64,000 bases of DNA from Felis catus (Eukaryota), in assembly GCF_018350175.1 (NCBI RefSeq), contig NC_058368.1, forward strand, positions 71,364,001 to 71,428,000, read 5' to 3'. Shown piece by piece: positions 1-14,551 of the stretch (its first letter is position 1; each line of letters begins with the position of its first letter). A program made the position numbers and the translations under genes. Under the pieces are notes generated by a model. The model saw only the letters and a list, made by a program, of their open reading frames with translations, searched no databases and was not told the DNA's origin.

Positions 1-2019
1 AGTTGCTTGTGGTTTTTTTTTTTTTTTTAACATAAGAACAAATTGTGTTAAGAGGGATAAAAATACTTGGCAAATCCCCAAATCTTTTATTTCCTCTATT
101 TCATGCTGTTTATTTCACACATGGTATACGGCTGTGTGGTTGAAGATATATTGAAGAAACCTTTGAAGAACTATTACAGTTTGTATACCTTCTTTTCAAT
201 CTCACATTCTGTTAATTTATTTTCCAAATAGGTCCACAGTAGAAGATATGATTAATATGCTAAGGAGATTTAATAAGAAATGCCTAAGGAAAAAGTTAGG
301 TTGAAGAGAATGGTGTTCTTTGTGAAATCCATTAAAAAGTGAGGATTTTTTACCTTGCTCTTTTCCCGTCATTGAAATAATGTGGTCATTCGAAGTCAGA
401 ATGATAATCCCTGGGAGATGGGGGAATGAGAGTCCTATGTCCCCTTTCTTCATTTCCCACTGTCACTTAGGGTACTTCTATTTTCTTTTATTACTCCAAC
501 ATACATGTTTTGGTTTTAGCGTGATTTCACAAGTTCTCACTGTGTATTTTTTCCATATTCTTTCCCATTGCCTCTCTTTTGGTTTTCTCAGTTCTTCCTC
601 ATCTTTTGTTTTTCTTGCATACCTTTTCTTTTTTCTGTTCTTCTGTTACACAAGAGGCTGTGTATAATGTTCCAACGGTAATGTGAAAACATTGAGCCTT
701 TGGTTTTTGTTTGGAAACTTGCTGTGTGTGAATCCCTTTTGCTCTAATCTATCAATACATTAAATGTGCTCTATTTTTGTTCCTAGAGCAGAGCTAGGGA
801 TCTAATTTTTTATTTGCCCGAGTAGAGGGAAATAGGTAGACAAGATCAGTTTTTCTAAAAAGGATAATTGCTTTTCCTTGCCAAATCAAAACAAGTCATG
901 TTATGTTTTGGTTTACTTTAGCTTATAACATGTCTTGATTGTATTTTTGTGTGTGCAGTATTGGTTCATTCTTATTTAAACTAAATATATTTCTGTAGTT
1001 ATTTGTGTTGTGTGTGTATGGCCAATGTAGGAAGGGCAAACCATCCTGTGCTCTTTCCACACTTTTAAAAAATTTTCCATTGGGAAAAATAAAGTGATAA
1101 TAAGGATCACTTACAGTATCTTTTTAGAGAATATATATTATATATCTGCAGTGGTAGTGGAGATATGAGTCATTCATAATTGGACTGTAATACATAACAT
1201 GTTTACATTCCAGTTACTGGATGATGATAAATCCTAGATAGTATTCGATGCAAATATGTATCACCTCAGTCTAAATGTGTTAACCCAAAGCGTATGGCAA
1301 AACTAAGTTGATAATGCTAAAACTATTACTGATTTGGAAAGAAAAGACAGCAATAAGATCAGTAGAAAATGTTATGACCAAGTATACACAACATGAGCAA
1401 TGCATTGATAATGGAATTCATTACCTCAAATTGCTTGAACTTAAACTACCTCTGTTTGTGTATACAATAGGAGCTTTTCAATGTAGCCAAGTGTTGTGTG
1501 ACAGCCACATTCCCCAGCAGATTCTGAATTGTACTTTCTTGGAAAGCTCTAGTAATATGCTGGTTTTTATTCAAGTCCATATAGTTGTCATTAGTTCATA
1601 AGCCCTCTAGTATTCCACATATTTATTGTCTTCTCTTGTGATCTTAAGCAACAAAGACTATTTCTTTGTCCTGTGTGTTTGCTTCCCAGCAGTCATGTTG
1701 TGGGAGCCAGCCTTGTTCTGTGCCAGCCTTGTTCAGGGAATAAGAGGGCTCATGGAAGTTCTGCCATGTGCAGTGTCATGTATCACAGAGGCAGGACGTG
1801 GAGAGGTTTCAGTTTCGATATCAGCAATGAGGCTTTTCCCATGATTCACTGTTCACTATTCTATTTCATTTTGTGGTTTTGCTCTTTGTGCATGATAGTC
1901 ATTATCTCCCAAATCTTGAATTTATCAGCTTCTCTCCATTTCTCGGCTCCTTTTTTTGTTTAAGCTCCTGTCACCTCTTGCTCTGATCACTGTAATAGCC
2001 TTTCAAATGTATTCCTTTG

Positions 2020-2372
2020 TAATAGGTGGAATTCCTTTGGAAACAGGTTCTGGAAGTTTATTGCAGAAATACACTTGGGACCAGTATATGTGAAGGAGTG
2101 AAAGACACCAGACTGAAAGAGGAGTTGAGTTGAGATGCAGACTCAACAAATGACTTAGCTGACCCTACAGAGAGTTCCGAGTATTGAGTTGGTTTTTTAT
2201 AACTGTTTCAATGACATTGGGGCAATGACATTGAACCTTTGTACACCAGTGTCAGCTCACCATTGGGTGTGGGCTGTCCCTAAGATTGGGCAGAAAGCTG
2301 AGGACAAGTCAGCTGTTGGTTGCCAATAATATTTCCAGCAGCTGGCAGAATGGCCTGAAGTGGTGATCTGAA
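2020..2372. mobile_element. Old ERVL-type solo LTR (LTR33/LTR16-like)
   Basis: Degenerate similarity to the recalled consensus (ggagttgagttgagatgcagactcaacaaa...gaccctacagagagttcc...cattgggtgtgggctgtccc). Confidence 0.5.
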
Positions 2373-2444
2373 TTGAAAACCCTATTTCACAGTTTTGATA
2401 TGTATTTTTCGTAACTGTTCATATCTGGGTATTTTCAGATTTCT

Positions 2445-2626
2445 GTCTTTCTGGCTCTCTGTTTCTCTCTCTTCTCTCTCCTTTTGTCTTTTTTTTCCCT
2501 TTTCTTGTCTTTTTCTTTTCTTTTTTTCTTTTTTCTTTTCTATTTCTATACCCAACATGGGGCTCAAACCCACAACCCTGAGATCAGGAATTGAATGCTC
2601 TACTGAGTGAGCCAGCCAGGCGCCCC
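2445..2626 (-). mobile_element. Short tRNA-Lys-like CAN-SINE with CT/T-rich tail
   Basis: Antisense head ...gagccagccaggcgcccc; flanking agatttct repeat at 2437-2444 and 2627-2634. Confidence 0.85.
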
Positions 2627-2709
2627 AGATTTCTATTATGGTTTTTGACTGTGTTTTTTAAGAATGCATTTTAAAATAACTGAAAATTTTCCACTTTTTG
2701 TATTATTGA

Positions 2710-2897
2710 TTTTTTTTTAATGTTTACTTATTTTTGAGAGAGAGTGAGTGAGTGAACATGAACAGGGGAGAGACAGAGAGAAAGGGAGAGAGAGAAAATC
2801 CTGAGGAGCCTCATGCAGAGGTAGATCCTGTGAACTGTGAGATTATGACCTGAGCCGAAATCAAGGAGTCGAACAGTTAACTGAGCCACCCAGGCAC
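2710..2897 (-). mobile_element. CAN-SINE
   Basis: polyT, (GA)n, gagattatgacctgagccgaaatc, gagccacccaggcac. Confidence 0.88.
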
Positions 2898-3201
2898 TGC
2901 TTATTTTATTGATTTCTAACTTAATTGCTTTCTGTTAAATGAATATGATCTTTTTTATTTAGAATCTTATTTGATAAGAATTACCTTATGGCCAAGGCAT
3001 GTCACTTTACATCTTACATCCGTGCCTGAAAATAATGTATATTCTCAAATTATGCTGTATTTTATAGATAACCAGTAGGTCAGCACTACCTGTTAGGATG
3101 TTCAAATATTCTAGTGATGTTTTGATTATATGATCAATTTGTAAAAGAGTGGATTTTTCAGTTTTTCCTTGCTTGTTAAGGTTTTGCCTCTGTATATTCT
3201 T

Positions 3202-3428
3202 TTTTTTTTTTTTAATTTTTTTTTTCAACGTTTATTTATTTTTGGGACAGAGAGAGACAGAGCATGAACAGGGGAGGGGCAGAGAGAGAGGGAGACACAG
3301 AATCGGAAACAGGCTCCAGGCTCTGAGCCATCAGCCCAGAGCCCGACGCGGGGCTTGAACTCACGGACCGTGAGATCGTGACCTGGCTGAAGTCGGACGC
3401 TTAACCGACTGTGCCACCCAGGCGCCCC
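3202..3428 (-). mobile_element. Young felid CAN-SINE (SINEC_Fc-type)
   Basis: Near-consensus with CpGs retained; perfect 16-bp TSD gcctctgtatattctt (3186-3201, 3429-3444). Confidence 0.95.
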
Positions 3429-3701
3429 GCCTCTGTATATTCTTAAGATAAGTTAATAAGTAAGATAACAGCATAACATGTATCTTCTTGGCTAATTTTA
3501 CTTCTTAGCAAAGTGTAGTGACTTTTTGGCTTTTAAATCTGGTTTTATGTGATGATAATATGTCTAAGCCACCTTATTTTGGTCTTTTCTTTGTATGTTC
3601 CTCCAACTTTTCAATCAACCAGTGAATCATTGTTTTAGGTGTATCTCTTGAAAGTATATAGACTGATGTTTGTTTTGTTTCTATTCAGATTAGCAGTGTC
3701 C

Positions 3702-3726
3702 TTTTTTTTAATGTTTGTTTATTTTT

Positions 3727-3765
<39 letters not shown>

Positions 3766-3943
3766 CGCACACTTGTGCACAAGTTGGGGAGGGGCAGAGA
3801 GAGAGGGAGAGAGAGAATCCCAAGTAGGCCCTGTGCTTTTAGCATGGAGCCCAATGCAGGGCTCAGTCTCGTGAACTGTAAGATGATGAACTAAGCTGAA
3901 ATCAAGAGTTGAATGCCCAACCCACTGAACCACCAGGTGCCCC
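3702..3943 (-). mobile_element. CAN-SINE with (GA)n microsatellite
   Basis: Typical antisense body and head. Confidence 0.9.
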
Positions 3944-5444
3944 TATTTTGTGTTCTTTCTTGAAAGATGTTTTGCCACATGTGCATATCTAGATTGATAG
4001 AGGTTTTCTGTCAGCATAGTGCTGAAATGGTTGTGCTGTGTTCTGTAGCTGTTGAAGAGATAGCTCTAATTTTTGTTACTTGACAAAAATAGAGTCTGTT
4101 CTTTTTGTCTGCTTCCTAAAATCGTTTTTATTGATGTATATTTTATGAAGAATAAAGCCTAGCTATTTTAAGTGTACACCTTAGTGAACTTTAATAAATG
4201 CAGCCAAAATTAAGATCTAGAACATTGTTATCCTTTTTGAAAATGTCCCTTCCTCCATTTTACATTTCCACAAAAGTGTTTGAGAGTTCCAGTTATTCCA
4301 GAAAAACTCTTAACATTGCCTGTCTTTTTAACTTTAGTTATTCTGATGGATGTGTAAGTTTTATTTCAGTGTGATTATAATTATATTTCCTTAATACCTA
4401 ATACATAATATGAGTATATTTTCACATGCCTAATGCTTTCACATTCATTAATCTTCTTTTGTGAACTGTCTTTTCAAATGTTTGTCCCCCTTTAAATGAT
4501 TAATAGACTTAATTATTTTTTAAGCACCATTTTAGATTTACAGAATAATTGAACACATCGTTAAGTACCTGCGGTTCTATATACATCCCCACCCCCAGCA
4601 CACTGCAGTTTCCCCAATTGTTAACACTTGGTGTTAGTGTGGTGCATTTGTTACAATTAACAAACCAACCTTGATACATTATTAACTACAGTCCACAGTT
4701 TACAGTAAGGTTCCCTGTTTGCATTGTGTAGTTCTATGTGTTTTGACAAATGCATAGTGACTCGATTCTACCATTATAGTTTCATACAAAATAGTTTCCC
4801 TTGTGCTTCATGTTTTCAATCCTCCTCTCCCTACCCCTGCAACCCTTGGGACACACTGCTTACTACCTCTATGCTTTTGCCTTTTCCAGAGTGTCATATA
4901 GTTGGAATCATACAGTATGTAGCCTTTTCAGATGGGCTTTTTTTTTTCACTTAGCTGTATGTATGTAAAAGTTCCTCCATGTCTTTTTGTGGCTTGATAG
5001 CTCATTTCTTCTAATTATTGAATAATATTCTATTGTATGGATATACAACAGATTGTTTATCCATTCACATTTTGAAAGAGATCTTGGTTTCCAGTTTTTG
5101 GCAATTGTGGACAAGGTTTTTGTATGCAGGTTTTTGTGTGGATATGAATTTTCAACTTAGTTGGGTATATACTCAGGACTCTGACTACTGGGTTGTAGGG
5201 TAAGATTATTTTACATGCCCACCAGCAGTGAATATGCATTCCTGTTGCTCTCTTGTTGCTTTACATCCTTGATAGCTTTTGATATTGTGCATGTTTTTGT
5301 TATTAGCCATTCTAATAGGAATATAGTAGTATATCATTTTAATTTGCATTTCCCTGAATGCAAAGGTGTGAGCATCTTTTTCTATGTTTGCTATCTTTGC
5401 ATTCTTCTTTATAGAGGTGTGTCTTCAAATCTTTTACTGATTTT

Positions 5445-5630
5445 TTTTTTTAAGAGAGAAAGAGAGAGTGCGAGCTGGGGAGAGGGACAGAGTGGGGGAG
5501 AGAGAGAATCTCAAGCAGGCTGCATGCTCAGCACAGAGCCCAATGTGGGGCTTGATGCCATCACCCTGGGATCGTGACCTGAGCCGAAATCAAGAGTTGG
5601 ATGCTCGACTGACTGAGCCACCCACGCACC
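5445..5630 (-). mobile_element. CAN-SINE inside L1
   Basis: TSD-like cttttactgatttt / cttttgctgatttt. Confidence 0.9.
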
Positions 5631-5798
5631 TCTTTTGCTGATTTTACATTGGGTTTTCTTACTGTTGGGTTTTAAGAACTCTATTTTAGATACAAATTCT
5701 TTATCAGATACATGTTTTGAACATATTTATCAATGTTTTTCTCTTATGGATTGTGCTTTGGATGTTGTATCTCATTGTAACTCATGTAACTCATTGTC

Positions 5799-6027
5799 GG
5801 GGTGCCAGGGTGGCCCAGTCGGTTAAGTGTCTGACTTTGGTTCAGGTCATGATCTTGTGGTTTCTGAGTCTGAGCCCCGTGTTGGTCTCTGTGCTGACAG
5901 CTCAGAGCCTGGGGCCTGCTTTGGATTCTGTGTCTCCCTCTCTCAGTGCCCCTCCCTGCTCATGCTCTGTCTCTTTCTGTCTCTCAAAAATGAATAAACA
6001 TTGAAAAAAATTTTTTTTATTTTAAAA
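5799..6027 (+). mobile_element. CAN-SINE (sense)
   Basis: ggggtgccagggtggcccagtcggttaag...(CT)n...aataaa, A-rich tail; TSD-like aactcattgtc / aactcactgtc. Confidence 0.9.
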
Positions 6028-6389
6028 ACTCACTGTCAAACCCAGGGTCATCTAGAACATCTAGATCATTCATCTTCTAGAACTTTGGTTGTTTTTATAT
6101 TCAGGTCTAAGATCCACTTTGAGTTACCTTTTAAGGATTGTGTCTAGATTAGTTTTTTGTGTGTGTATGGATGTCCATTTCTAGCACTATTTGTTGAAGC
6201 GACTTTCCTTTGTTGAATTGCTATTGCTTTTGCTTCTTTGCCAGAGATCAGTTGACTCTGTTCATGTGTGTCTATTTTTGGTCTCTTTATTCTATTCCAT
6301 TGATTAATTTGTTTGTTCTTTTACCGATACCATGCTGACTATAGCTTTATAATAAGTCTTGAAATTGGGTGGTGCCAATCTTTGTCTTT

Positions 6390-6460
6390 TAAATAACTTA
6401 AAAAAATTATTTTCAAGAGTACAAGCAGGGGACGGGGAGGGGGGGAGGGAGGGAGGGAGG

Positions 6461-6509
<49 letters not shown>

Positions 6510-6637
6510 TGAATCTCAAGTAGGCTCCACAGTCTGTGCAGAGCCTGATGCACAGTTCAACCCCATGACGCTGGGATCATGAAATGGGCTGAAATCAAGA
6601 GTTGGATGCTCAACCAACTGGGTCACCTGGTCGGCCC
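6390..6637 (-). mobile_element. CAN-SINE with (GGGA)n(GA)n
   Basis: Antisense body gaatctcaagtaggctcc...gaaatcaagagttggatgctcaacc. Confidence 0.88.
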
Positions 6638-7574
6638 TGTATCAATATTTTGAAATTGTTATTTTCCTTTACTATTAGTGATTCTGGGCCTTTTGTTTTC
6701 TGTATAAATATTAAAATCAGTTTGTTGATATCCACAAAATAACTTGCTGGGATTTTGATTGGGATTTATTGCATCTGTAGATCAGGTTGAGGAGAATTGG
6801 TATCTTAACAATATTGTCTTCCTATTCATACACATGAATATTTCTCCATTTATTTAAATCTTCCTTAATTTTATTTGAACTTTGTAGCTTTCCTCATATA
6901 GGTACCATACATTTTTTGTTAGATTTATGCCTAATTTTTTTTTGGGGGGGGGTGCTAATGTAAATAGTACTGTGTTTTAAATTTCAAATTCCAAGTTTTC
7001 ATTAGTGGTACACAGGAGTGTAATCAACTTTTTACATTGACCTTGTATCCTGCAACCTTGTTACAATTCATTTATTAGTTCTAGACATTTTTTGGTTGTT
7101 GTGTTGACTCTTCGAGATTTTCTTTATAGACATCCTATTACCTGCTAATGAGTTTTATTTCTTCCCAATGTGTTTACCTTTTTCTTGTCTTATTGCATAA
7201 AATAGAACTTGTATAGAATGTTGAATAGGAGTGCTAAGAGGGGACATCCTTACCTTGTTCATGAACTTAAGGGGAAAGCATCTAGGTTCTCATCACTAAC
7301 TTTAAGGTTAGATGTAGGTTTTTATAGATGTTCTTTATGAAGTTTAAGAACTTCCAATTTGTAGCCTGCTGAGCTCAGTGGGTGCTAGATTCTGTCAAAT
7401 ACTTTTTGCATCTGCTCCTATAGTTCTATCATATTTTTTCTTCTTTAGCCTGTTGATGTGATGGATTACATTAATTGATGTTTCAAGTGTTGGAATAACC
7501 TTGCTTACTAGGAATAAATCCCATGTGGTCATGGTATAATTCTTTTTTATACATTGTTGGATCTTTTCCTTTTA

Positions 7575-7831
7575 GTTGTTTTATTTTAATTAAAAAATTA
7601 ATGTTTATTTATTTTTGAGAGAGAGAGGGAGAGAGACAGAGTGCAAATGGGGAGGGACAGAGAGAGAGGGAGACACAGAATCTGAAGCAGGCTCCAGGCT
7701 CTGAGCTATTAGCACAGACCCTGACATGGGGCTTGAATCCACAGACTGTGAGATCATGACATGAGCTGAAGTCAGACACTCAACTGACTGAGCCACCCAG
7801 GAGCCCCATTTTAACTTTTTGTTTTAAAGTT

Positions 7832-7887
<56 letters not shown>

Positions 7888-8062
7888 ATGTGAGTGGGGG
7901 AGGGGCAGAGAGAGAGAGAGGGAGACAGAGAATCCCAAGCAGGCTCCACACTGTCAACTCGGAGCCTGAATTAGGACTTGAACTCATGAAACTGTGAGTG
8001 CATGACCTGAGCTGAAACCAAGAGTCTGATGCTCAACTAACTGAGCCACCTAGGTGCTCCCC
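7575..8062 (-). mobile_element. Two tandem CAN-SINEs (about 7575-7807 and 7810-8062)
   Basis: Two complete antisense bodies, each ending gagccacc(c/t)agg..cccc; long (GA)n at 7832-7876. Confidence 0.9.
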
Positions 8063-8279
8063 AAATTTTAATTTTTAATAATCTTTAAAAATTTCTCCCA
8101 ACATGATTTTGTTTTCTTTTTAGAAAAAAAATTAATTGGAGTGTAGTTGATGACTTTTTCTTTAAATCCTTTTCCATACTTACAATGTTTCTAATAGCTA
8201 TAATTTGCAATAGCTGTTGTATGTTTTTCAGTTTGGGGCTTCTTTTCTTTTGACTGTTTTCCTCATGAGGTGATTGCAT

Positions 8280-8426
8280 TTTCTCTCTCTCTCTCTCTCT
8301 CTCTTTCTTTTGTTTTTTGTTTTTGTTTTTAAGTACTCTCTACACCCAGCACGGGGCTCAAACTCACAACCCCAAGATCAAGACAAGAGTCCCATGCTGT
8401 ATGGGGCTGGGATAGTCAGGCATCCC
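8280..8426 (-). mobile_element. Short tRNA-like CAN-SINE
   Basis: ctctacacccagcacggggctcaaactcacaaccccaagatcaaga. Confidence 0.8.
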
Positions 8427-10939
8427 TCTTCACGTGTCTCTTAAGTTTTGATTGGATTGTAAACATTGTGAATGTTATATTTTGTGTTTGGATTTTATCT
8501 TAGTGTAAAAGCAGTTAAAATTTATTTTGTTTGATAGGTCAGTTAATTGATGTTCATATTAATACCTTTTAGGTGCTTTTTTTTTTTTAAGCTTCCTTAA
8601 CTCAAGCATAGCTTTACCTGGTACTGTGATTCAACAAGTTTGTGTTAAGCCATCTTGTACCTTCCACTCTTCCTTTCCTTGAGTTCATAATTTTAATTTC
8701 ATTAAACATCTATGGTTTCTTGTTACAACATAAACTCTTAATGTTTTAGGCTGGGGAGAGAGGTGAGAAAAAAAAAAATAGAGAATTCCAGTGACCACTG
8801 TATAGTCTGAGGGGACCAACTATAGTGGCAGAGAGTTGTGTTAGGAGGCTACTACAGGGATCCTATAAAGAGGTAATGGTAGTTTGTATAAGTGTTGTGA
8901 TCATGGAGATAAAGAATAGTGAAGAAACTGGATTTTTTAGTACTTTGTAACTGTTGCATACTATCCAACAGTTACAGTCCTAGACATATACCTCTTGCAC
9001 AGGGTTCCAAGCTACAGATACAGAAATACTCATGGGAGCATTGTATGTATAGATCTGAATGTCTATTCACACTAGAATGAATAATGTGAGTTTATACAGT
9101 GAAATATAGTACTAAAAATAAAGGATTTGCAAGTACTGAAATTGTTAATTAATACATTTTATTTAGTAAGTACATTTTGCATTCTCTTCTCCAGGCCCTC
9201 TTTTAGTCATTGGAGAAACAACAGTGAGAAGAGGCAAAAATTGTCAGCATTTTTAAAAACTCATTTTGCTATAAGCAGTGTAAAAATTATATAAAGCAAG
9301 ACTCATTAAAGTTTATTATTACTATTGGGTGGAATATTGTTTGAGTATAGGATATTCACAGTTTCCAAAGGTTGATCTACAGATCGTCTGCTAATTATAA
9401 ACTGAAAATGGCATATTTTTCATGAGGAAATTTAATGGTCACCATCTTAAGCAATCAAACTTCTTCATCAGGAAATGGACAATTAGACTTTTTTTTTCTT
9501 TCTGATGTGATATAATAATTAGGGTACAATTTCAGTTATGTAGTATTAACAGATTTTTATTCTGAATCTAATAATGAGACAATCAGGTAAATTGAAATTG
9601 TAGGATATTGTATGCAACAGTAGTTTGGATTTTTCAAAATATCACTTTCATGTAGGATAGCCCCTCCCATAAATATACACACAAACTCCAAATCAAAAAG
9701 GTAATAAGTGAACTATTCAAGGAGAGAAAAGGAATCTAACCAATGCAATGCATAATACTTGATTTCCCTGTAATTATAATATACAGCTGTTAGCTGGAGA
9801 TTTCCTTCCTGGCTGTCTGAGAAACTCCCCGCCCCCCCCCCCCCCGCCCCCTCCATTCTTTTGTTCTCTCTTCTGAGGTTCCATTATGAGATTCTATTCT
9901 GTCCGTCTGGAGGACTGTCCTATTCTCTGAAATAGCTTTCATTTTCTTTTAATTCTGAACCCTACTTTTAGGAAATAAAGGCCTAATTATAAATGTTTTC
10001 CAACTGTTTTTAAAAGAACACCCCCCCCCCCAATTATATGTTCTCTTTGATGCTGGAGAGATTTCTGATTTATACTATCAAATTAGGATTAGGACACTTT
10101 CCAAGAAATATTTCACTTTTTACTTTTTTTTTCCCCATTTTTCATCTCCATCAGTCATTATATTCTATGAAATCTTAACTCAAGAAACTGAAGGTGAAGA
10201 ACCACATAAAATTCTTTATTTTATGACTATTGCATCACTGAGGTATCATTTACCAGCTTTAAGTTACCAAGTTGTTACACCGAGTATAGGGGCAGATTTT
10301 GCTTGAAGGGGGAGGTTATGTATGTATTGTGTCTTATATGGGTCAACGTGGTGCTATCAGTTTTCAAAAGAAAAAAAAAAAGTTCCTTTAGACCTGTAAT
10401 CCATAACAAAATGGGAAAGTGCCTAAACTCCCAGAATCTTCCTTCATTTCCTTATCGTCCATATCCACACTATCAGCAAGTCAAGCTGACTCTATCTCTA
10501 AAACAAACTGCAAGCCTTTGTTTCTTCCAGCCATGGAAGCCACAGTTGGCTCACCCTTAGAACATTGCAGAAGCTTCTTAATCAGTCTCCCTGTGCCCAC
10601 CTTTGTCCTCAGACAGTTCATCCCTTGCGGAACAGCCAAAGTGATCTTCACAAACCCAACATTAGGTTGCTGCCCTCTCCTGTATTGTAGCCTTTCCAAC
10701 TCATTCTTTCTGTCACGAATGTTCCTCTCTCACTGGTTTTCAGAGGGCAGGCTCCAGCTCAGTCAAGTCTCAGTTTCAGTATGTTTTCTCGGAGAAGGCT
10801 TCAAGGAAAAGGAACCCTGATCACCCCCAGTCACATCCTTCTGTTGTCTTTATTATACTCCCCGCCCCCTTATGTGTTGTGTGTATATTCATGTTTATGC
10901 ATGAGTATGCATATTCAGGTGCCTGTGTACTTATACATC

Positions 10940-11072
10940 ATTGTCCACTAGATGGTAAGTGCCATGAGAGCAGAGAACTTTCTGAATTGTTTATCTTTGT
11001 GTCCCCAGGAGCCAGATTGGTGCTTGGCACATAGTGTTTACTGAGTGTATATTTTTGAGTTGATGAATGGAA
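10940..11072 (+). mobile_element. L2 3' end
   Basis: ccactagatggtaagtgccatgagagcagag...gtgcttggcacatagt...ttgagttgatgaatg. Confidence 0.7.
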
Positions 11073-12553
11073 ATTTGGTAGAGAGTTAGAAAGAAAGAGG
11101 ATTGCTGCTTTCTGGTGGAAAGTAAGACCTGTTGATTGCTGGGGGGACAGGAGACCAGACCTGCCCTTGAAGTTTGAGGACAGAAAGGGAGCAATAGTGA
11201 TTTGGTAACCTGAGTTTCTGTACTTCCTTAAATATTTAATTTTTTTCCTCATGTAGTATTTAGTAGGTTTCTTTTTGGAAACATTAGGTGGGAGGGAAAT
11301 AAAGAATGGAGACTCGCTGCATGTTGGAGTTGAGAGTGTTTGCAGGAGCGTCACTGGGTGGTGAGGCCAGGTAGTGGGAGTAGGCATCTGGGGAGAGGAG
11401 AAGAAACCTGTGGAAGAACTTGCCAACAGCACCAGGACCTGTGGTATCTTTTTTTTTTTTTTTTTTTAAGCAATCTTTTCATACCAAGAGTTCTTCTCCT
11501 TTTAAAAACCTTAGAGAAATTTGTTTTGTTCTGAGGGAGGTTGTTCTGCTTCAAATCTATGGCAACCAAATAATATTAAAGAACTGCATCATAGTACTCA
11601 GAAGTGAGTACTCCAATGGATAATAAATTGGGGTAGAACATGAGTGGAAATTTTGGGTCTAGACCAGGTAAAGTGAGGGAGTGGTGACAGCCATCTACTT
11701 GACTATTTTGGATTTTTCTAGGAATTTTTACTTTCGGTTGAATCTTTTTACCTTTTCTTCCAGTTCCTGGTCCCCCATGACTTACCCCATTTAGAGTTTC
11801 AGAGACACAGTAAGAAAGTAGGGATGAGGGACTGGGCGCTTTGATACTATTTAACATCATCTGTGTGGAATATTGTTTCCCCTCCTCTTGAAATGGCTAG
11901 GTCTAGTTTCTGCATGGCATGGTGACAACATAAAAATATGTTCTGTCTGAAATTTAATGACTTATTTGGCATAGGAAGTGGAGTATAAAACCTTAGTTTT
12001 ATATTATTTCCAATTATAGTTCAGAAATTAGATCGAGTTGGTGACTGTAATGTCATCACTAGCTTATGCCAGTTTCTTCTTCCCTCCCGATTGTGTTATA
12101 TTTGACTTGTTAGTTTCATCAGAGAGTCTTGTCTTCCTGGGTTATATGTATTGACAGGTCTCATGCTACATTGCCTCCTTTTGGGGGGACCATATGTAAT
12201 TGCCTTATTATGTATTACCTTGTTGCCTAACAATGACTCATCTTTTCTGAGCATATAATAATTTCTTGTTGACAAGTTACTTCTTCTGTTTTGTTTCCCC
12301 ATCTAGTTCCTTCTGACCAAGGACACTTTCCCAGTCTTATTTTGAACTAGGGTCCATAGTAAATAAGATGAGATTAATACTGAAATCAGAATAACTGCAA
12401 ATTTCCTAATCCTCAGAGGGAACTGAAAACAGAGATACGGGATATAGATAGATTACCTTCTGTGGTTTCCTGTTTCGTGTTTGTATGGATAAATAGTTTT
12501 GGATGGTGAAGTGATAACATGTTTTTTGGGGTATGGATCCATTTGTTTAAATT

Positions 12554-12756
12554 AAAAAAAAATTTTTTTTAATCTTTATTTTTGAGAGAGAGGGAGGGAG
12601 GGGGAGGGACAGAGAGAGAGAGGGAGACACAGAATCTGAATCAGGCTCCAGGCTCTGAGCTATCAGTGCAGAGCCTGACACGGGCCTCGAACTCACAAAC
12701 TGCAAGATCATGACCTGAGGTGAAGTCCCTTAACTGACGAGCCACCCAGGCACCCC
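12554..12756 (-). mobile_element. CAN-SINE
   Basis: TSD ccatttgtttaaatt on both sides. Confidence 0.92.
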
Positions 12757-14431
12757 ACCATTTGTTTAAATTTTTGATTTAAATTTTATTTAAATTTTAA
12801 TGATTTCTTAAGCATGCCAGTTTCTAATTTGTAGGTATTATTTCTTCACTACTCCAAAACAGGCTGATTCCTCATGAATGATTTCAATCTGATTCCTTTA
12901 TGGGACATTCCTGTGAGGCCACAGCATGGAAAGAGACGAATACTCCTTTTTTTTTTTTCACTCTTGTGCAGGGTCTGTGGCATGCAAAAGTGTGAAGCAT
13001 ATTTTTCCCCTAATTTATGTTTCGGTTCTCTTTTTCTTCTGCCATCCTGCGGATACTCTACAGCTGGATTATTTTAGTCATTCCTTAAGCCAATCCCATG
13101 CTTCCCTGCCTGTTTTGTTCCTGCTATTCCTGCCTAAAGTGTTCAAATCCTGCTCATCCTTCACAGCCTCACGTAAATATTTGGTCCTTGCTGTAAGATG
13201 ATTTCCTTAATCGCTTTCCTCTTACCTTGTTGTACTTTTCTCTTCTGAATTCCCAGTGATAGAATTATTTGGGTACTTTCCCTCTCTCTTCCTAGATTCT
13301 GACACTCCAGTGTAAAAACAGTATTGTTAATCTTTTTTCTCACTGCACTTAGCATTGCTTTTAAAATATTGTCCCACATAAATATAACCAACATGAGAAT
13401 TTTAAAAATTGAATTAATTATGAAACACATAGAAAGCAAGTGCCATTTTAACTAAGTTGAAGTTAAGAGCTATGTTTTGTGGCTTAGGGGCTAAAGGTCT
13501 ATGACATTTGGCTCTCTCTTCCTTTTCCTCTAAGATCCTATAGCTAGAGTGTAGTGCTGTTAGAGCATCACAGGCCAGGAAGAGTCTTCCTGGTGCTCAC
13601 TGTTTTCTTTCTTCAGAAAAGATCATAAACAAGTGGTCTCGGACACAAGTGTATCTACCTTGTTTTCAGGAAACCTCTAAGCAAGGAGGCTTTTATAACT
13701 TTTCTTGGTAACTCAAGCTGTCACAAACCTTAGAATAATATAAATACTAAAAAAACAATCTTATGTCATTTTCTCTTATCAGACTTTAGCTGGAGATGTC
13801 ATTTGTTTGGGTCTTACTTTGTGTTTTCATCACACTTGCTAGCATATGCATTCCTTGTTGAATCAGTGGGATAGTGCAGTAGCCTCTCCATTGATAACAG
13901 CGAGTCCTGGACCTTCTGCTTCCACCCATGATAGAATAATGTGACTTGATTTCTCCCCAAATCATTGTGTCAGTTTTTGCTGATAAAAGCTGCAGGGGTT
14001 CCCTGTGAATTTTCAGATGAAAATACCTCAAATACATGTAAATCATTACTTTTGAAAAAGGGAGTTTAATTTGTGATGCATGCAAACAGTACTTTGGAGG
14101 AATTGTGTGTGTGTGTAAATGTCATAAAAGTTGCTTCTTGTATCTTTGGTTAGTTAATATTATATGTGCTTCTATTTTTGGAATCCTCTGTCAAATAACT
14201 TATTTATGTTTTCTTAGCTTTTTATTTCATTACTGGTAAAAATGTTATATTTATTGATACAAATAGTCTTTTTCTTTCGAAATGATCACCTCTCATTTTT
14301 AAAATATATATGAGATCATTACACTGGTGTTATTTTCCTGACTCTAAAGAAAGGAACTTTTAAATAAATTAGTTATTGTCTTCTGTGTTATTGAACATGT
14401 GGTCAGTTGTCATGTTCATGCATCCAGATGA

Positions 14432-14551
<120 letters not shown>

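Larger units (their letters stand above)
4130..7570 (-). mobile_element. Old L1 (L1M-type) 3' UTR and ORF2 fragments, interrupted by SINEs
   Basis: Antisense L1 motifs: ggaatcatacagtatgtagccttttcagat, gggattttgattgggatt, tgttgaataggagtg, ggaataaatccca. Confidence 0.85.

Noticed and set aside
9826..9855. C-rich run (possible G-quadruplex on the minus strand)
   Set aside because: A simple homopolymer-like tract with no supporting context.
10943..10960. CTCF-like CCACTAGATGGTAA
   Set aside because: It lacks the conserved GGC ending and sits in the usual L2 3' sequence; too weak without ChIP data.
10938..11432. Longest ORF in the track (164 aa, minus strand)
   Set aside because: Non-ATG start, overlaps an L2 remnant, no recognisable domain and no splice context.
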